NCBI GenBank assembly: GCA_030141605.1
Contig: JAQGDQ010000013.1
Span: forward strand, 1,130,447-1,194,446
Source: Tubiluchus corallicola
Taxonomy: Eukaryota; Animalia; Priapulida
Direction: 5' to 3'
DNA length: 64,000 nt
Both the position numbers and the translations under genes were made by a program. This document shows, piece by piece, positions 38,314-50,291 of this stretch (the first letter of the stretch is position 1; the number at the start of each line of letters is the position of its first letter). The notes beneath the pieces were generated by a model. The model was not told the origin of the DNA, did no database searches, and was given only the letters and a program-made list of their open reading frames with translations.

Positions 38314-39452
38314 TGACGTATGAGAATGTATTTGACGTATAAGACAAATTTTTTTGAGCTTTATGTAAGTGGAGTGTTTTCCTGTGGAGCGGCAGGAAAT
38401 GATAATGCCTGGGACAGCCTCGTAATTTCTGAAACCCAAGCGTACACTGTGCAGTACTGGGGGGTTGAAAAAGCGGACAGTGAAGAGCCATTAACCGTGA
38501 CTACTTCTAACGATGGTACGTAGTCGTTTTGCATAAAAACGAGTAAAAATGGTCATTTTGATATGGAGATCGTCGAAAATAGTGCAGTCATTGGAAGCGA
38601 AACTCCAGCGATTATGTATAATACACAAATGTATAATTATTTATTTATTCTTTTGTTTCGTATTTTAGGCATACATTGTCACAAAATGTACATGGATAGA
38701 ACTAGATAGATAAATTGGTTATGTAGGTAAAAACCATTTACAAAATTTATTTAAAAAGAAAAACTATTTGCGTAAATCACAAACTTTATAATTTATGTAC
38801 TTTAAAATAATATTAAAAATACATACACTATATTCCTGGAAACATAGTGATAAAACAAACTGAATTGTGGGAACGAAAAAGTTTGGTAATTTTAATAATT
38901 CAAGAAAGTAGTGTGCGAAAAAGTGCAAATTCGTTAAATAGAATGCAAGTATAAAATGTCTGTATTCCGTAAAATTGTCGCATCAGTTTTTTTCGTTTTA
39001 TTGCAAATGATAACAGCAACTGCATTATTGGTGATTTCTCAGTATTTTTACGGAATTAGAGCTAAGAGTTTTACAAAACTAATTTCCACTTCAGGGAACA
39101 AAAATGAATTTTTTATGACTAGCATATTAAAGTTGCTGTATGCATTCCCTTTTGTCACTGTCGCTCCTTCACTGTCTTTACAAAATTATTACCTTATGAT
39201 GTGTATCAAAATTTGTGCTGTAAAGGATCCCTTTTTGTCTCATAAATATTAGGTCTTTTCCTCACAGGATGGATGAACTAACTAATGCTGCATTAAAATC
39301 ACCGGATATTTCTAGACAGCTTTGCTTGAATGTAAATTTCAAAGTCTCCAGGACGGAATACAGAAACTAAAATGTACAAAAACTTGCGAGTCATGTAGAA
39401 TACAGTCCGGTCATAATTCCAATGTCGAATTCAACCAGCACATGCTGTAAAT
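38314..39452 (+). pseudogene. Possible decayed gene fragments (exon-like segments 38314-38515 and 39268-39452)
   Basis: Both segments are bounded by AG/GT and are GC-richer than the flanks. The first is open (MRMYLTYK...NDNAWDSLVISETQAYTVQYWGVEK); the second has stops in all frames. Confidence 0.3.
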
Positions 39453-40297
39453 AGGTAATTAACTACACTTACTATAATACTAGCAGAAGCCCAGAACACA
39501 CTGTGGCAAGTACTATTGCACTTCATTATAATATTATACAAAAAAACTTCAATTTTTGGTTGCGGGTGGGGATCACAGGGGAAGGGGCTGACCGTTGAGG
39601 AGGCGGCGCTAAAACACTTTTGCCCACGATGTGAAACTACCAAGACGCTTTAGCCTTGAAACTGTAACGGCTTTGAGCAGGTAATAATAAACGCCGAAGA
39701 AATCCCGTCCTTTATCCTTCAAAAAACTGTGTTTGTTCCTAACTAAACTTCTCTTATACATGTTAGTCTAAGCACTCTCTTGTTAAAATTATTAGCTTAA
39801 ATTATTCGAAAAGGCAGTAAATTAAAAACCACTGACTAAGGACTGACTCCTACTTTTCTACAAATTGAAGTCTGCACATTTTAGGAGAAAAAAATGCTCG
39901 TTAAAAATGTAGAATTTTGAATTTGCTGAAAATTGTGATTAGGATTACAGATAAGAGAAATTATATTATGGAAGTAAACGATGCACTCCTCGACTAAACA
40001 AGTACTGATCTCACGGATCCTCTCAACTATCTTGCATCATGATGTGTGTGGCACTGTAATCGAAACACTGATTTTACTGAAGCCAGTTAACTAATTGCAA
40101 GAAATGTAGATGATAGTCAATGAAACCTACTAAATTTAGTTTACATTCAGGTGTGTAGTTGTATAAGAGCGTATCAAAGACTCGTTAGTATAAAATAAAA
40201 CCAAATCTGGTAGAAAAAATATTCTGGGTCAAATGTCACAGACATTGTTTTCCTGTAAACCATGTTTCCCAGAGTACTCGTACTCTTAGTTCAGTTG

Positions 40298-40679
40298 CTG
40301 AAATAACAGGGTCGACTTTGAATTAAAGACAGTTTGTCCCCTAGGAGAGAGTCTTATTGAACTGAACTAACAGGGATGAACTTTGAACTAAAGACAACTT
40401 TATGCTAAAGATGACTTGGTCCCAAGGAGAGCCTCTTACTAAACTGAAGGAGAGCATCTTGCTGAACTGAACTAGCAGCGTTGACTTTAAGCTAAAGATA
40501 ACTTGGTCCCAAGGAGAGCATCTTACTGAACTGAACTAGCAGCGTTGACTTTAAGCTAAAGATAACTTGGTCCCAAGGAGAGCGTCTTACTGAACTGAAG
40601 GAGAGCATCTTACTGAACTGAACTAGCAGCGTTGACTTTAAGCTAAAGATGACTTGGCCCCTAGGAGAGCGTCTTACTG
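40298..40679. repeat. 64-bp minisatellite with interspersed 23-bp partial units
   Basis: Unit ggagagcatcttactgaactgaactagcagcgttgactttaagctaaagataacttggtcccaa, about 5 copies. Confidence 0.9.
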
Positions 40680-43165
40680 CTTTGTAATGTTTTTATGCAA
40701 TTTTATTTACAACTTTTCCAAGATTTAATAAAATTAGTTAAAACTGAAGCGACAAATGCAAAGCTGCTTAAAATACTTTGGTGAATTTTGCGACATCATC
40801 CTTGTATAATTTTGTCTGAATTAATGCAGTGTTGCGTGCAGCTGTGTTTTTCTCATTGATGAACTGCGAATGCAAGCTCTTAATCTTTGCTGCATGTTAA
40901 CTGAACTTGTCTATAATGCCCTACAAAACTTTATTCAAATGTGCTCCATCATTGAATACACTTGAATCTTACATTTGGGTGGTGATGCTTCAGTCTTCAC
41001 GCTGCTAGAGTTTAGCTATAATGCGGAACTCGCTGTTTGGTGCTCATGCACACTCAGCAGGGTTAATCTATCTTGTCTCCTGTTTGACCACCCTCCCTTC
41101 ATTTGCCTCCCCTTTTCATAGCTTGTGATCTGACTTCTCAAGTAGCAGAGTAACTTCAGTGACAGGCTTCGTGTTGTCTGTACGTCCCAATCGTAAATTG
41201 AAGCCCGTGTAGAAAGCTCAGATTTGAATATTTAAGGCCGAGTTGAGATCATGCTCTTACTAGCAATGTTGATTGGTTGTAGCAGGCCTGGAATCTAGCT
41301 ACTATTAAGGAAAATCTGTTGACGGAAACACTGAACTGAACGAGACTGTTGTTGCAAAATTAAAAAACTTTTTCCCTCCTCTTTTTTGGACACGTCCATA
41401 ATGATGTTATCATAACAGATGCAAGCGGGTTCAAAACACTTGAATTTTGACAAGAAACGTTTAGTATTTTCGCTAAAAATGTTTAGTGCTTTTGCTAACT
41501 TTTATTATTTTTTGATTAGAAGTTTTAGAAGTCGACTTTTCTGCTTAACTGCTTACGTTTTATGCTAAATCATTCTTTTATCTCATAATTTCGCTTTTAT
41601 AACCTGTCATCGCTCTGTATGTAAATTGTTATTCTATCAAAACTGCTGAGATCACTGTTCTCGTGAGGAGTTCTTCCCCCTCGGCTTGCTCTCTGCATGG
41701 CTCGGTATCTGAGTGTGCTGCATACGGATTAACTCCAATAATCGCAATCACCAGCAGCGAACACCATCCCATCAGGTGATTCACATTTTCTTTAATAACG
41801 AACATCACTAATCGTGAATTGATTTCAACTTGTCTGAAAACTGTAGGTGGTTTTTGTGTCATTTCAAGTTGTATTAATGTCGTCGATTCAGATCAGGTGT
41901 TAAAATGTCAGCCGGATGAAAAATTACTCACGTCGTCGATTCAAGGCAGGCGGAAGTATATCGTCTGGATATCCGAAATCCTGAATAGCATAAAGTGAAT
42001 GAGTCGAGGTGGGTCAGGTATAATAATGCCTCCCTCTCTCCCTTGCTACCTGGAAACAGCCTACAACAACGGAAATATGAAAGCACAAAAAGACCTTTTC
42101 TTGCACAAAACTAAAAAGTTCGTCTTGAAAGTTTTTATCATCTATTACTACCTTGTAAATTCAATTCAAACGGGTGTTCCTGCAATGTTACGTAGTGCCG
42201 ACGTCGTTTTTGAGTCCTGTTTTTGGAGGACAGACACTGTCCCTTGAATTGTTATGGTCAGCCTTCTCCTAATCTTTGCCTTTTCGATACATACAAACGA
42301 AACAGCAACAGGTTTATGAACTACTTTATTTCACTTTAGCAAAAAGGAGTCTCACAAACTCCTGATGCATCAGTTCCACTACCACCATCTCCATTTCCGT
42401 CAGCTCATTCTCCTCCTTGTCCTCGATGGAGCAGGTCTCTCGATCGTCGAAACGTTCTATTAACGACAACACACAACATTTTAACAACGCATTTAATAAC
42501 ACACCACAAGCAGTTACTGAGTCAGCTTTTCATAAGATCCATATTATTAAAAAGTGAGCAATTATTACATATTTATGGTTAAAACATTTGAAGGCCTAAA
42601 AGCAATAATAAAAAAGTAAACGATGACTAGGTATTGCATGTTGTGAAAATGGGTGGGTGGGTTTTTTTCTGTATGGTTCAGTTTAATTACGATACCCGGA
42701 CATTATAGAACATATTTCACTACAACAATATTTTCCGTGGTTTCAATTGTAGTCTTGGTGATGTTCGCACAAGCTGGTAAAACGACACTGGTTAGCTGTC
42801 CCGGTGTACACATGCCGCACATGTCATTTGCGATTCGTAATTTAAACTACTACAATAATATCTGCTGCCACCTACATTTAAATTTATTATTGAACTGAGT
42901 CGAAGTTTAATCCAGGTTGTGGCCTGGGTCAATGCTGCTCAGTCACCTGTACCCTGCTGCGCTTCCCATATATGGGAGTGTAGATTCACTAGCCAATCAG
43001 GTAAGCTCAGTGGGTGTATGTGACTTGGGTAGCTCTGCATGCGTCTTTTTTTCTTGAGCATTGCTGTTGAATGGTCTTTCAGAGTTCAACACAATATCAT
43101 ATTCTTTATTTTAACCACCAGAGTGAGTCAGTCTACAATAGTTTGTTTGTTTGCAAAATCTTCAG

Positions 43166-43166
<1 letters not shown>

Positions 43167-43257
<91 letters not shown>
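43167..43257. repeat. (TAT)n microsatellite, possibly the tail of a decayed minus-strand LINE
   Basis: Pure TAT run followed by AT-rich sequence typical of a LINE 3' end. Confidence 0.9.
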
Positions 43258-43258
<1 letters not shown>

Positions 43259-43921
43259 CAGTACATTAGTAATATTTACAAATATAATTAGTTACATATT
43301 TACAATACATACATGAATACGGAAAACAAAACAAACAGACAGAAATGAGAATTATTAGCTTTAATAATTATACTTGAAAGTGCCAAACAATTATTTGTAT
43401 ATAATTAATCTTCCATCATAAACGTTGAAATTTCATTTAATTCAGTCAAGGTACAAAAAAGAGAAATCTCTTGCTTTTATTGTATTTAAAATATCCACGG
43501 CCGGAGATACATTAGAAATTTGATCTTCAGTTAGTTTGCATTCCTCTTTAAATATGTCCCATGGTAACGTTAATTATGTTGTGCACTTAATATTTAATTA
43601 TAATTTCTTCATTTGGTTACATCAGGCAGATGGACACAAAGCATTAAAATCATCATATTCTTAAACATATACACGTGACAGTCTTACATTTCCTGTTGTT
43701 AGCAAAAATAAAAATAAAAGAAAACTGACATTTTGCTCGGATTGGGCTTTCTCATAAAATAATACATGTGCGATCAATATATATATATATACGTTAAGGT
43801 AAAGTCAATGCTGTTTAATTTACATTAAAAATTGAAGATGAGAAAGTACGAATCTTATCATGGGGCGTGCGGGGAATAACTTCTACAGAATGCTGTAGGC
43901 GCGTGTGTGGCTTTGGGCTTG

Positions 43922-43988
43922 GATAAAAGCTGTTATGATGGCTACGTCAGTCACCGTGTTTTGCCGTGTTTTGCTGCTATAGGTACGT
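43922..43988 (+). promoter_or_regulatory. Candidate core promoter and non-coding first exon for the microprotein gene
   Basis: TATA-like GATAAAAG at 43922, Inr-like TCAGT at 43947 and donor ag|GTACGT at 43983, in a locally GC-richer patch. Confidence 0.35.
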
Positions 43989-44585
43989 AAACAGGAGACG
44001 CGCTAGGATCTAGCGTCATAATTGTAAACCCGGAGAGGTTTCATAGCAACAAAACAAGATACTGCGAGTTTTAGACTGCGAAAGGAAGAGACAAGACGCA
44101 TTTTTTTCGCTCCGTATCTAAAGTTATTTTAAGTGGTTGGGATTACAATGGAGATTATATTAGGTACGTTTTTTCATTCTAATAATAACCCTGAAAGAGT
44201 GCCTGAACCTACAGTTTTATACTCTGCACGCATATATCAATTGTTCACCGTTTTTCCAACATGCGCAAACAAGTTCGGCAACTGTCTTAATGGCTAATTA
44301 TTATGTTTTTGTTCCTCACTTCCTACTTCCGCTCTGACAAATCCACGTGTTTGCCTGATCAACAGAAAATGTCACTTCTAAAATTTGGCTTGACCTCATA
44401 ACCGGCGTGTGTCGTTGCGGGACCCTACCTCTCATGTGACCGAGCTGCGTGTAAGTTCTTGCAGAGAACTTTGTTCTAACGTTGTTCTTGCAGAGAACTT
44501 TGTGACCTGAATACTGCATGCACGAAACAGTTATTTACTTACGAATCAGTTACTGATCTGTCAGGTTATAAGTCACCTGCGCATT

Positions 44586-44792
44586 GGACATTTGGGACAT
44601 ATGGACACTTGGCCAGTTGGCACTTGAGAAGTGAATGACAGTCCAGTGTTAGCCAAACATATGAGCTGAATGACATTTGGGCAGTGGACACTTGGGGAGT
44701 GGAAACTTGGGCAGAAGGCACTCAGGCGGTGAACACTTAGGCTGTGCCATTTAGCAGCTGACATTTGGGCAACGGGCAGCACACTTGAGCTG
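44586..44792. repeat. Degenerate 15-bp tandem array (ggacacttgggcagt type), probably one arm of a foldback/MITE element
   Basis: Repeated gacatttggg / gacacttggg / aaacttgggc / aacacttagg units. Confidence 0.7.
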
Positions 44793-44855
44793 TGAAACGT
44801 TTTAACGTCTTAAAAGAAGTACAAGTGGTGCAGAAAATTTTCAGAGGAGCACTAG

Positions 44856-45574
44856 CTACCTACCTATCTACCTGCCTGATTACATACTTTCCTTCCTACC
44901 TACCTACCTGCCTACCTACCTACCTCTCTAACTTACTTAACTACCCACCTATATACCTGCTGTCTACCTACGTACCTAACCTCCCTACCTAACTACTTAC
45001 CTACCTACCTACCTATCTACTTAACATTAGGGTACCTACTATTTATATACCAAATGATCCACCTCACCTCACCTACCTACCTACCTAACGACCTGCTTAC
45101 CTACTTACTTGCCTCCCTATTTACCTACCCACGTACCTAAATACCTGCCTGCCTACCTACCTAAAAACCCACCCACCCAGCCACCTACCTGCCTGACCTA
45201 CCTACCTGCCGACCGATCGACCAACCGAACGAGTGATCGACCTGCCTACCTACCTACCTACCTACCTACCTACCTACCTACCTACCTACCTACCTGCCTG
45301 CCTACCTACCTACCTACCTACTTACCGACCTACCTTCCTTCTTAGCTGACTGACTGACTAACCAAAAACTAACTAATAAACTAAGTACGTAATCCACCAC
45401 TGTAGTTAATTATATAATTATAGTATAATTGTGAAAAGTAATAGTCATATACTAATCATCTGTTTACTTACTTGCTTACTTAGTTACTTACTTACTTACT
45501 CACTCACTCACTCACTCACTCACTCACTCACTCACTCACTCACTCACTCACTCACTCACTCACTCACTCACTCA
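44856..45574. repeat. Compound tetranucleotide microsatellite (CCTA)n, (TTAC)n, (ACTC)n
   Basis: Direct observation; source of the LPTY-repeat ORFs. Confidence 0.95.
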
Positions 45575-45703
45575 TTAAAGATTATTAATTACTCATAATC
45601 CAAGTTTGATTTTCTTAATTTTAATGCTTATAGTCTTGTTACAGCAGATGCGCTTTGCGATGTAAATTATAACGGACTCATTCTTTGTTTTGCAGCACTT
45701 TGA

Positions 45704-46820
45704 ATGTACATTACCGACGCTCCTATCGGTAAGAATAGAGTATTTCAATTTTATAATAAGAGTTAAATTATTTACTTTTTCAGCCTACAAGCTGGGCATT
45801 GCTGCTATGGGAATAGCCATAGCCGTTATAACAGCGATACTGATTTATTTATGGTAAGTATCGACAACTAAAAGAAGCACGATTTGTTTTAATATTTAAA
45901 TACTGCTAATATATGAAAAAGGATTCGTGCCCGATGTATGTCCGTTCCAAAGACCATGTTTAACGTGAACCTGTGCCTAGGAGGGTGGAATCAGACGCCA
46001 GGCGGGCTGTTGGGTAACGAAACCGCGTATGTTTTGAATTAATAAGCAAGTATTATAATTCTAAGCAGCCATTGACCAAATGGTGGTATCTTTAGGATAA
46101 ATAGGATAAATGCTCCTATAGTCGAATTCTGTTTTAAAAATCGAAGTGATGGAATAATGTGGATGTGCAATTCATCCTGAGAGGTGTTATGACACCGTGT
46201 AGAATCGTTTCGTTAGGCAATGAGAGTTATAACCCAGATTTTGACATGACGTTGCAGTTCTTGTTTGAACTTTATCATTTAGTTCTAATCCTGCAGGAGT
46301 AAAATTGGCCTGAGTTTGATGGGTTGCACGCACCTTATTAGTCTGGTAGATTTCCCGTTTTCATCATTCCCTTTCCTGCTTTATTTTTAATGTTTTCAAC
46401 TGTGGCCAGTGGTAGGTTTTAGATGAAGTTACAGACTCTTAATCTGCTTTCTTACGTTCATTACATGGAGCCACATATGTCAGGGCAGTTTCATCTTCAG
46501 GTGACAAAATTTCCCGCCCACCCTGTAGAAAGTTTTATACATCAGAGAAAGCTGGCGCGCTAATCATTACGGGAATGAACAAAAGGCAAGCTAGTACTTG
46601 TGTGTGTAAGCCATTATGAAATAAGGGTCCTTGTACGTAATATGTAGTTATGCCCATACATATTAGTCTGTGTTTGCATATGAATGTCGTTAGATTAGAA
46701 TAGGAACTTATATTTCAGTTTCTAACAACAATTAATGTGTAATTATGCGCTCATTAATTTAGGTGTGGTGGAGGATGGAAAAGAAAGTCATTGTGGGATC
46801 TTGACCTTGAAGGATACTAA
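45704..46820 (+). CDS. Putative 50-aa single-pass membrane microprotein, 3 coding exons (MYITDAPIAYKLGIAAMGIAIAVITAILIYLWCGGGWKRKSLWDLDLEGY)
   Basis: Acceptor ttttgcag at 45695 and ATG at 45704. Exons 45704-45728 (donor gtaaga), 45784-45853 (acceptor tttttcag, donor gtaagt) and 46763-46820 (acceptor tttag, TAA). Phases 1 and 2 join to one open frame: a ~20-residue hydrophobic helix followed by Cys and KRK. Confidence 0.72.
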
Positions 46821-47745
46821 CTTTGTAATGCTAATTTTCTGGGAACTTGTTTTGATTTACATTGTGTGTAAATTTTGTTCTTATTTAACGTTTTTGACCA
46901 TTTGTCGTTAATTTACCAAGTCAGCAAGAACTCTTTTCAAGTTCATTACATTCACGTTGATAAGACTGGCTATGTTGCCAAAAAATGCCCAGGAAACTTT
47001 ATAAAAACACCTTCTCATGATTTTCTTCTAGTCTAGTAGTGGCCATTTTAAAAAAGGTCGTCGGTATTGAAATGAACATGACACAAATGGCTTTTTAATG
47101 AAAATGTTTTGGAAAATTTGTTTTTAATTTTCATTGGTTGTGACAAAACTTGGCGGCCATTTTGTTTACCATAAACATACAAGTTTGCAATGATAAATTA
47201 CACAGAAAGCATCAAATTAACACAAATTTCGACACAGAAAACATTAATATATATTTTTCGTTGGCGCTACTGGTATGCTTTTGGACAGCACCAGCAAGAA
47301 AATCTTGTGTTGCTGCTGCTCAGATTAATGGTAAATTTGAAATTTGAGAAACAAAAACAGAAATGCATTAAATGATGTTTTTATCTCTCTACCTTTCTCT
47401 CTCTCTTTCACTCACTCACTCAGTCACGCACACGCTCTCTTTTAAGAATAAGGACAAATTGCAAACGGATAGGATGTTAGTTGTTAGTATGACGACGATT
47501 AAGTCATGATGGTATTTCCAAAGCATCAAAATAGTCAAAATAAGAATAAAATAAAAAATAAATAAAAAAGAGGCACAATTGATTGCAAATTATATTATAT
47601 AGTTTTATAGGGATGAACTGACAGTTGTGAGTATTTGCAAGTACATATTGTGAAGTAATACTGGTACACATTATACATCCACACATTCAAAGTGATCCAT
47701 TCGGAATATGTGGCAAATATGTGTGATTCAAGATTTTTGTTTAGT

Positions 47746-47950
47746 TTATGAATTGACACAGAGGTTTAATGCATTAAGGTAATTTGTTCCAAGTCTTATA
47801 AGGCCATTAGTGGAAACAAAGTGTTTTCCAACATTAGTTTTTGAAACATTAATTGTGTATTCGTTGTACCTAGTGTTATACCATTTAATTTGTTTAGCTG
47901 GATTATTAAAAAAGCTAGGAAATAACTTGAAAAGAATCTTATACAAATTG
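47746..47950 (-). mobile_element. Decayed LINE ORF2 C-terminal fragment (CR1/L2-like)
   Basis: Translation YKILFKLFPSFF...WYNTRYNEYTINVSKTNVGKHFVSTNG resembles the YNTR...RTN.GK motif at the end of these ORF2 proteins. Confidence 0.5.
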
Positions 47951-48042
47951 TATAGAGATACAGTAATACACCAGATCTAGCCTAAAAACTTTACTATGAA
48001 GCTAATGAGCTTTAGTGACTGTTATACGTTTAGAACAATAAT

Positions 48043-48267
48043 TTTTTCGTATTTGACTTACGCAGTCATCTAATGAGGCTTAACTTACTATCTAATTTGA
48101 AAAAAAAGTTCAAAGACTACAAAGAAAATTTCTTCGTATTGTTCATAAATAACCTAAAGTAAATATGAACAATACGAAGAAATTTTTTTGTATTCTTTGA
48201 AGTTTTTTTCAAATTAGATGGGTAAGTTAAGCCTCATTAGATGACTGCGTAAGTTAAATACGGAAAA
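48043..48267. repeat. Inverted repeat: ~105-bp arms, 16-nt spacer
   Basis: 48043-48147 is the reverse complement of 48164-48267 with a few mismatches and indels; spacer aataacctaaagtaaa. Confidence 0.95.
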
Positions 48268-48756
48268 CTTAATGAGTTGTATAGCGTGATTAGGAGCTCA
48301 GGTGATAGACTGGGTTTTCAACGAACGTGCCAGACTAGAGATACGCCAAGGTAGTTTTTCAATGAGAATAGTGCCACTTTGAAACTATACTAATATTACC
48401 AGCGCCAACTCTACCAGTGTTTTCCGTCACCGTCTTAAAACGCAAATCTTAACCGTTTTTTGAAAGGCAGAAGTCTGCTGCAGTAGTACCGTTTCTTCTT
48501 CCTGTAGTCTAGAGTAGTTGCTGCAAATGTGGTTTTTTTGCACACAATGTGAACAACGATCCCGAAGCCAACATAAGTAAACACAAGTAAAGTAAGTAAA
48601 CTGGGACTAATATGACTAATCTAACATTTTTTGCGATTTTCATACTTATCAAGTTAATATGAGAATTCTAATTTAAATTTCCATGTAAACTAACTCTTAA
48701 CAATTCTATTACAGTTACTCGCCGTATGGTAGCACCTTCTACTGCTAACTCATTAT

Positions 48757-48758
<2 letters not shown>

Positions 48759-48806
<48 letters not shown>

Positions 48807-48918
48807 CATCTTTTTATTCATCTTGTAACACACGCACAGTTATAATACAATTAATTTGGAAACAAAAATGTGAAGAAAGGGCAGCGAAAGACCAATTGGT
48901 AATCTAGTCAGCTGCCCT
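48759..48918 (-). mobile_element. (AAT)n run and probable LINE 3' end with a stem-loop
   Basis: Microsatellite 48759-48805 followed by aaagggcagc...gctgcccttt (inverted 10-mer). Confidence 0.4.
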
Positions 48919-49601
48919 TTGGTTAGTGATGAACATTTTTATAGGCGCTATGCTACAGTGTATTAGTGTTAGTACTGCTTATAATAAAAATTTAATTGTT
49001 ACGAATGACGTTAAATTGATATGCTTATAAAGTGTTAGTACAATTCATACACAGTAATAATAAGTGCACAATAAAAAAAATCAAACTGAAAATAACAAAC
49101 TGAAAATAACTGAAATAAAACTGAACTGAAATAAAAATCTGACAACAGAAACATAATAACAATGGCAACTGAAATATACTCTATAACACAAGCATAATTT
49201 TTAGACATAAGCAAGCGAATGTATAATGAAGTCATAATATATCATAATAATGTAAAAAATTACAGAGCGATTTTTGATGATCTGAGGTAAAATATATAAG
49301 CAGATAATTAAAGCACAAAAAATTACCTATATGACTGCATGAGGAGATTGACAATTGGAGTCCAGACTTTGAAAATGATCTACAGAAGTTAGACAATAAA
49401 CAATTAAATATTGAAGTTAATTGAACCTGCTATAACAGTAATTGCTCTTGCACGCAGTTAGACAATTTATTATAGTGGGCAAAAGGAATAAAAGTTGTTG
49501 CAAAATACTGTACGCGTATATGTAGTTAATCTCAGTAATAAGTTTGCAAGAGATGACATTTAAATAGTAATCCATAGTCAAATATAATTATATATTTTTG
49601 A

Positions 49602-49773
49602 AAAGGTTCGTTTTGACGTGTTCAGTAATCAGTAATGTATGATAAACAAAAATCTTGTTAAGTTGCATAATATGAAAAATCGTTTTAAAAACCGCTGCAT
49701 AAACACGCTAGACTAACGCAATTATTGATCGTTAAACTCATTCTAAATACCTGGTTATGTTGAAAGTAATGAG
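49602..49773 (+). repeat. Dispersed direct repeat, copy 1 (~175 bp)
   Basis: Matches 55854-56033 (tatgataaacaaaa.tcttgttaagttgca...aaaaatcgttttaaaaaccgctgcata...ctcattctaaa...atgttgaaagta.tgagt). Confidence 0.9.
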
Positions 49774-50060
49774 TAGGTCAGCTTGTGTGGACATAATTAA
49801 ATGAAGTCCTTTGCAGCTGCTGTATGTATAATTCCACAAGTTGACCCCTTGGGTTTTTGTAGGTTCAAAATCTTTATGTAGTGTTGTAAGAAGAGGAGAT
49901 TCCTCTGGCAACCCTTAAAAGAAAACCTGATGATTGTGTGAATATAAATAGAAAACTACAATAGCTTATTTTAGATCAAAGCGTAGATTAAATAATAATT
50001 ACCTGGGATACTCAAATTTCGTTAAACTTTTAAAGCTAGTGGCTCAGTGAATCTGCTAAG

Positions 50061-50291
50061 ATTGGCAGCGGCGCTTTCTTGTCACGTGCGCTTGGCCGAC
50101 AAATAGAAAACGGTAACGTGATAACCATAATCATGAACTGCTGCGTTAATTTCATGACGTCATATGATGTAAAGCCCATTTTTCGTGACATTATGCGTTT
50201 AAGCAGTACTGCAACACCTATGCAAATGTGCTTGACGCGCAAGGGAAGACGCCTGCCATTGCACAAACTGTGGTTAGTTTCTGACGTAAGC
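50061..50291 (+). promoter_or_regulatory. Candidate promoter/first exon of the 51726 gene, with a cluster of bZIP/bHLH motifs
   Basis: ATTGG at 50061, GTCACGTG at 50081, TGACGTCA at 50155, ATGCAAAT at 50220, TGACGCGC near 50233, and TGACGTAA at 50282 overlapping a donor-like GTAAGC at 50286. Confidence 0.35.

Noticed and set aside
43039-43316. Poly-Tyr / poly-Leu ORFs (and poly-Ile at 16344-16583)
   Set aside because: Translations of (TAT)n microsatellites.
44792-45345. LPTY-repeat ORFs
   Set aside because: Translations of (CCTA)n.
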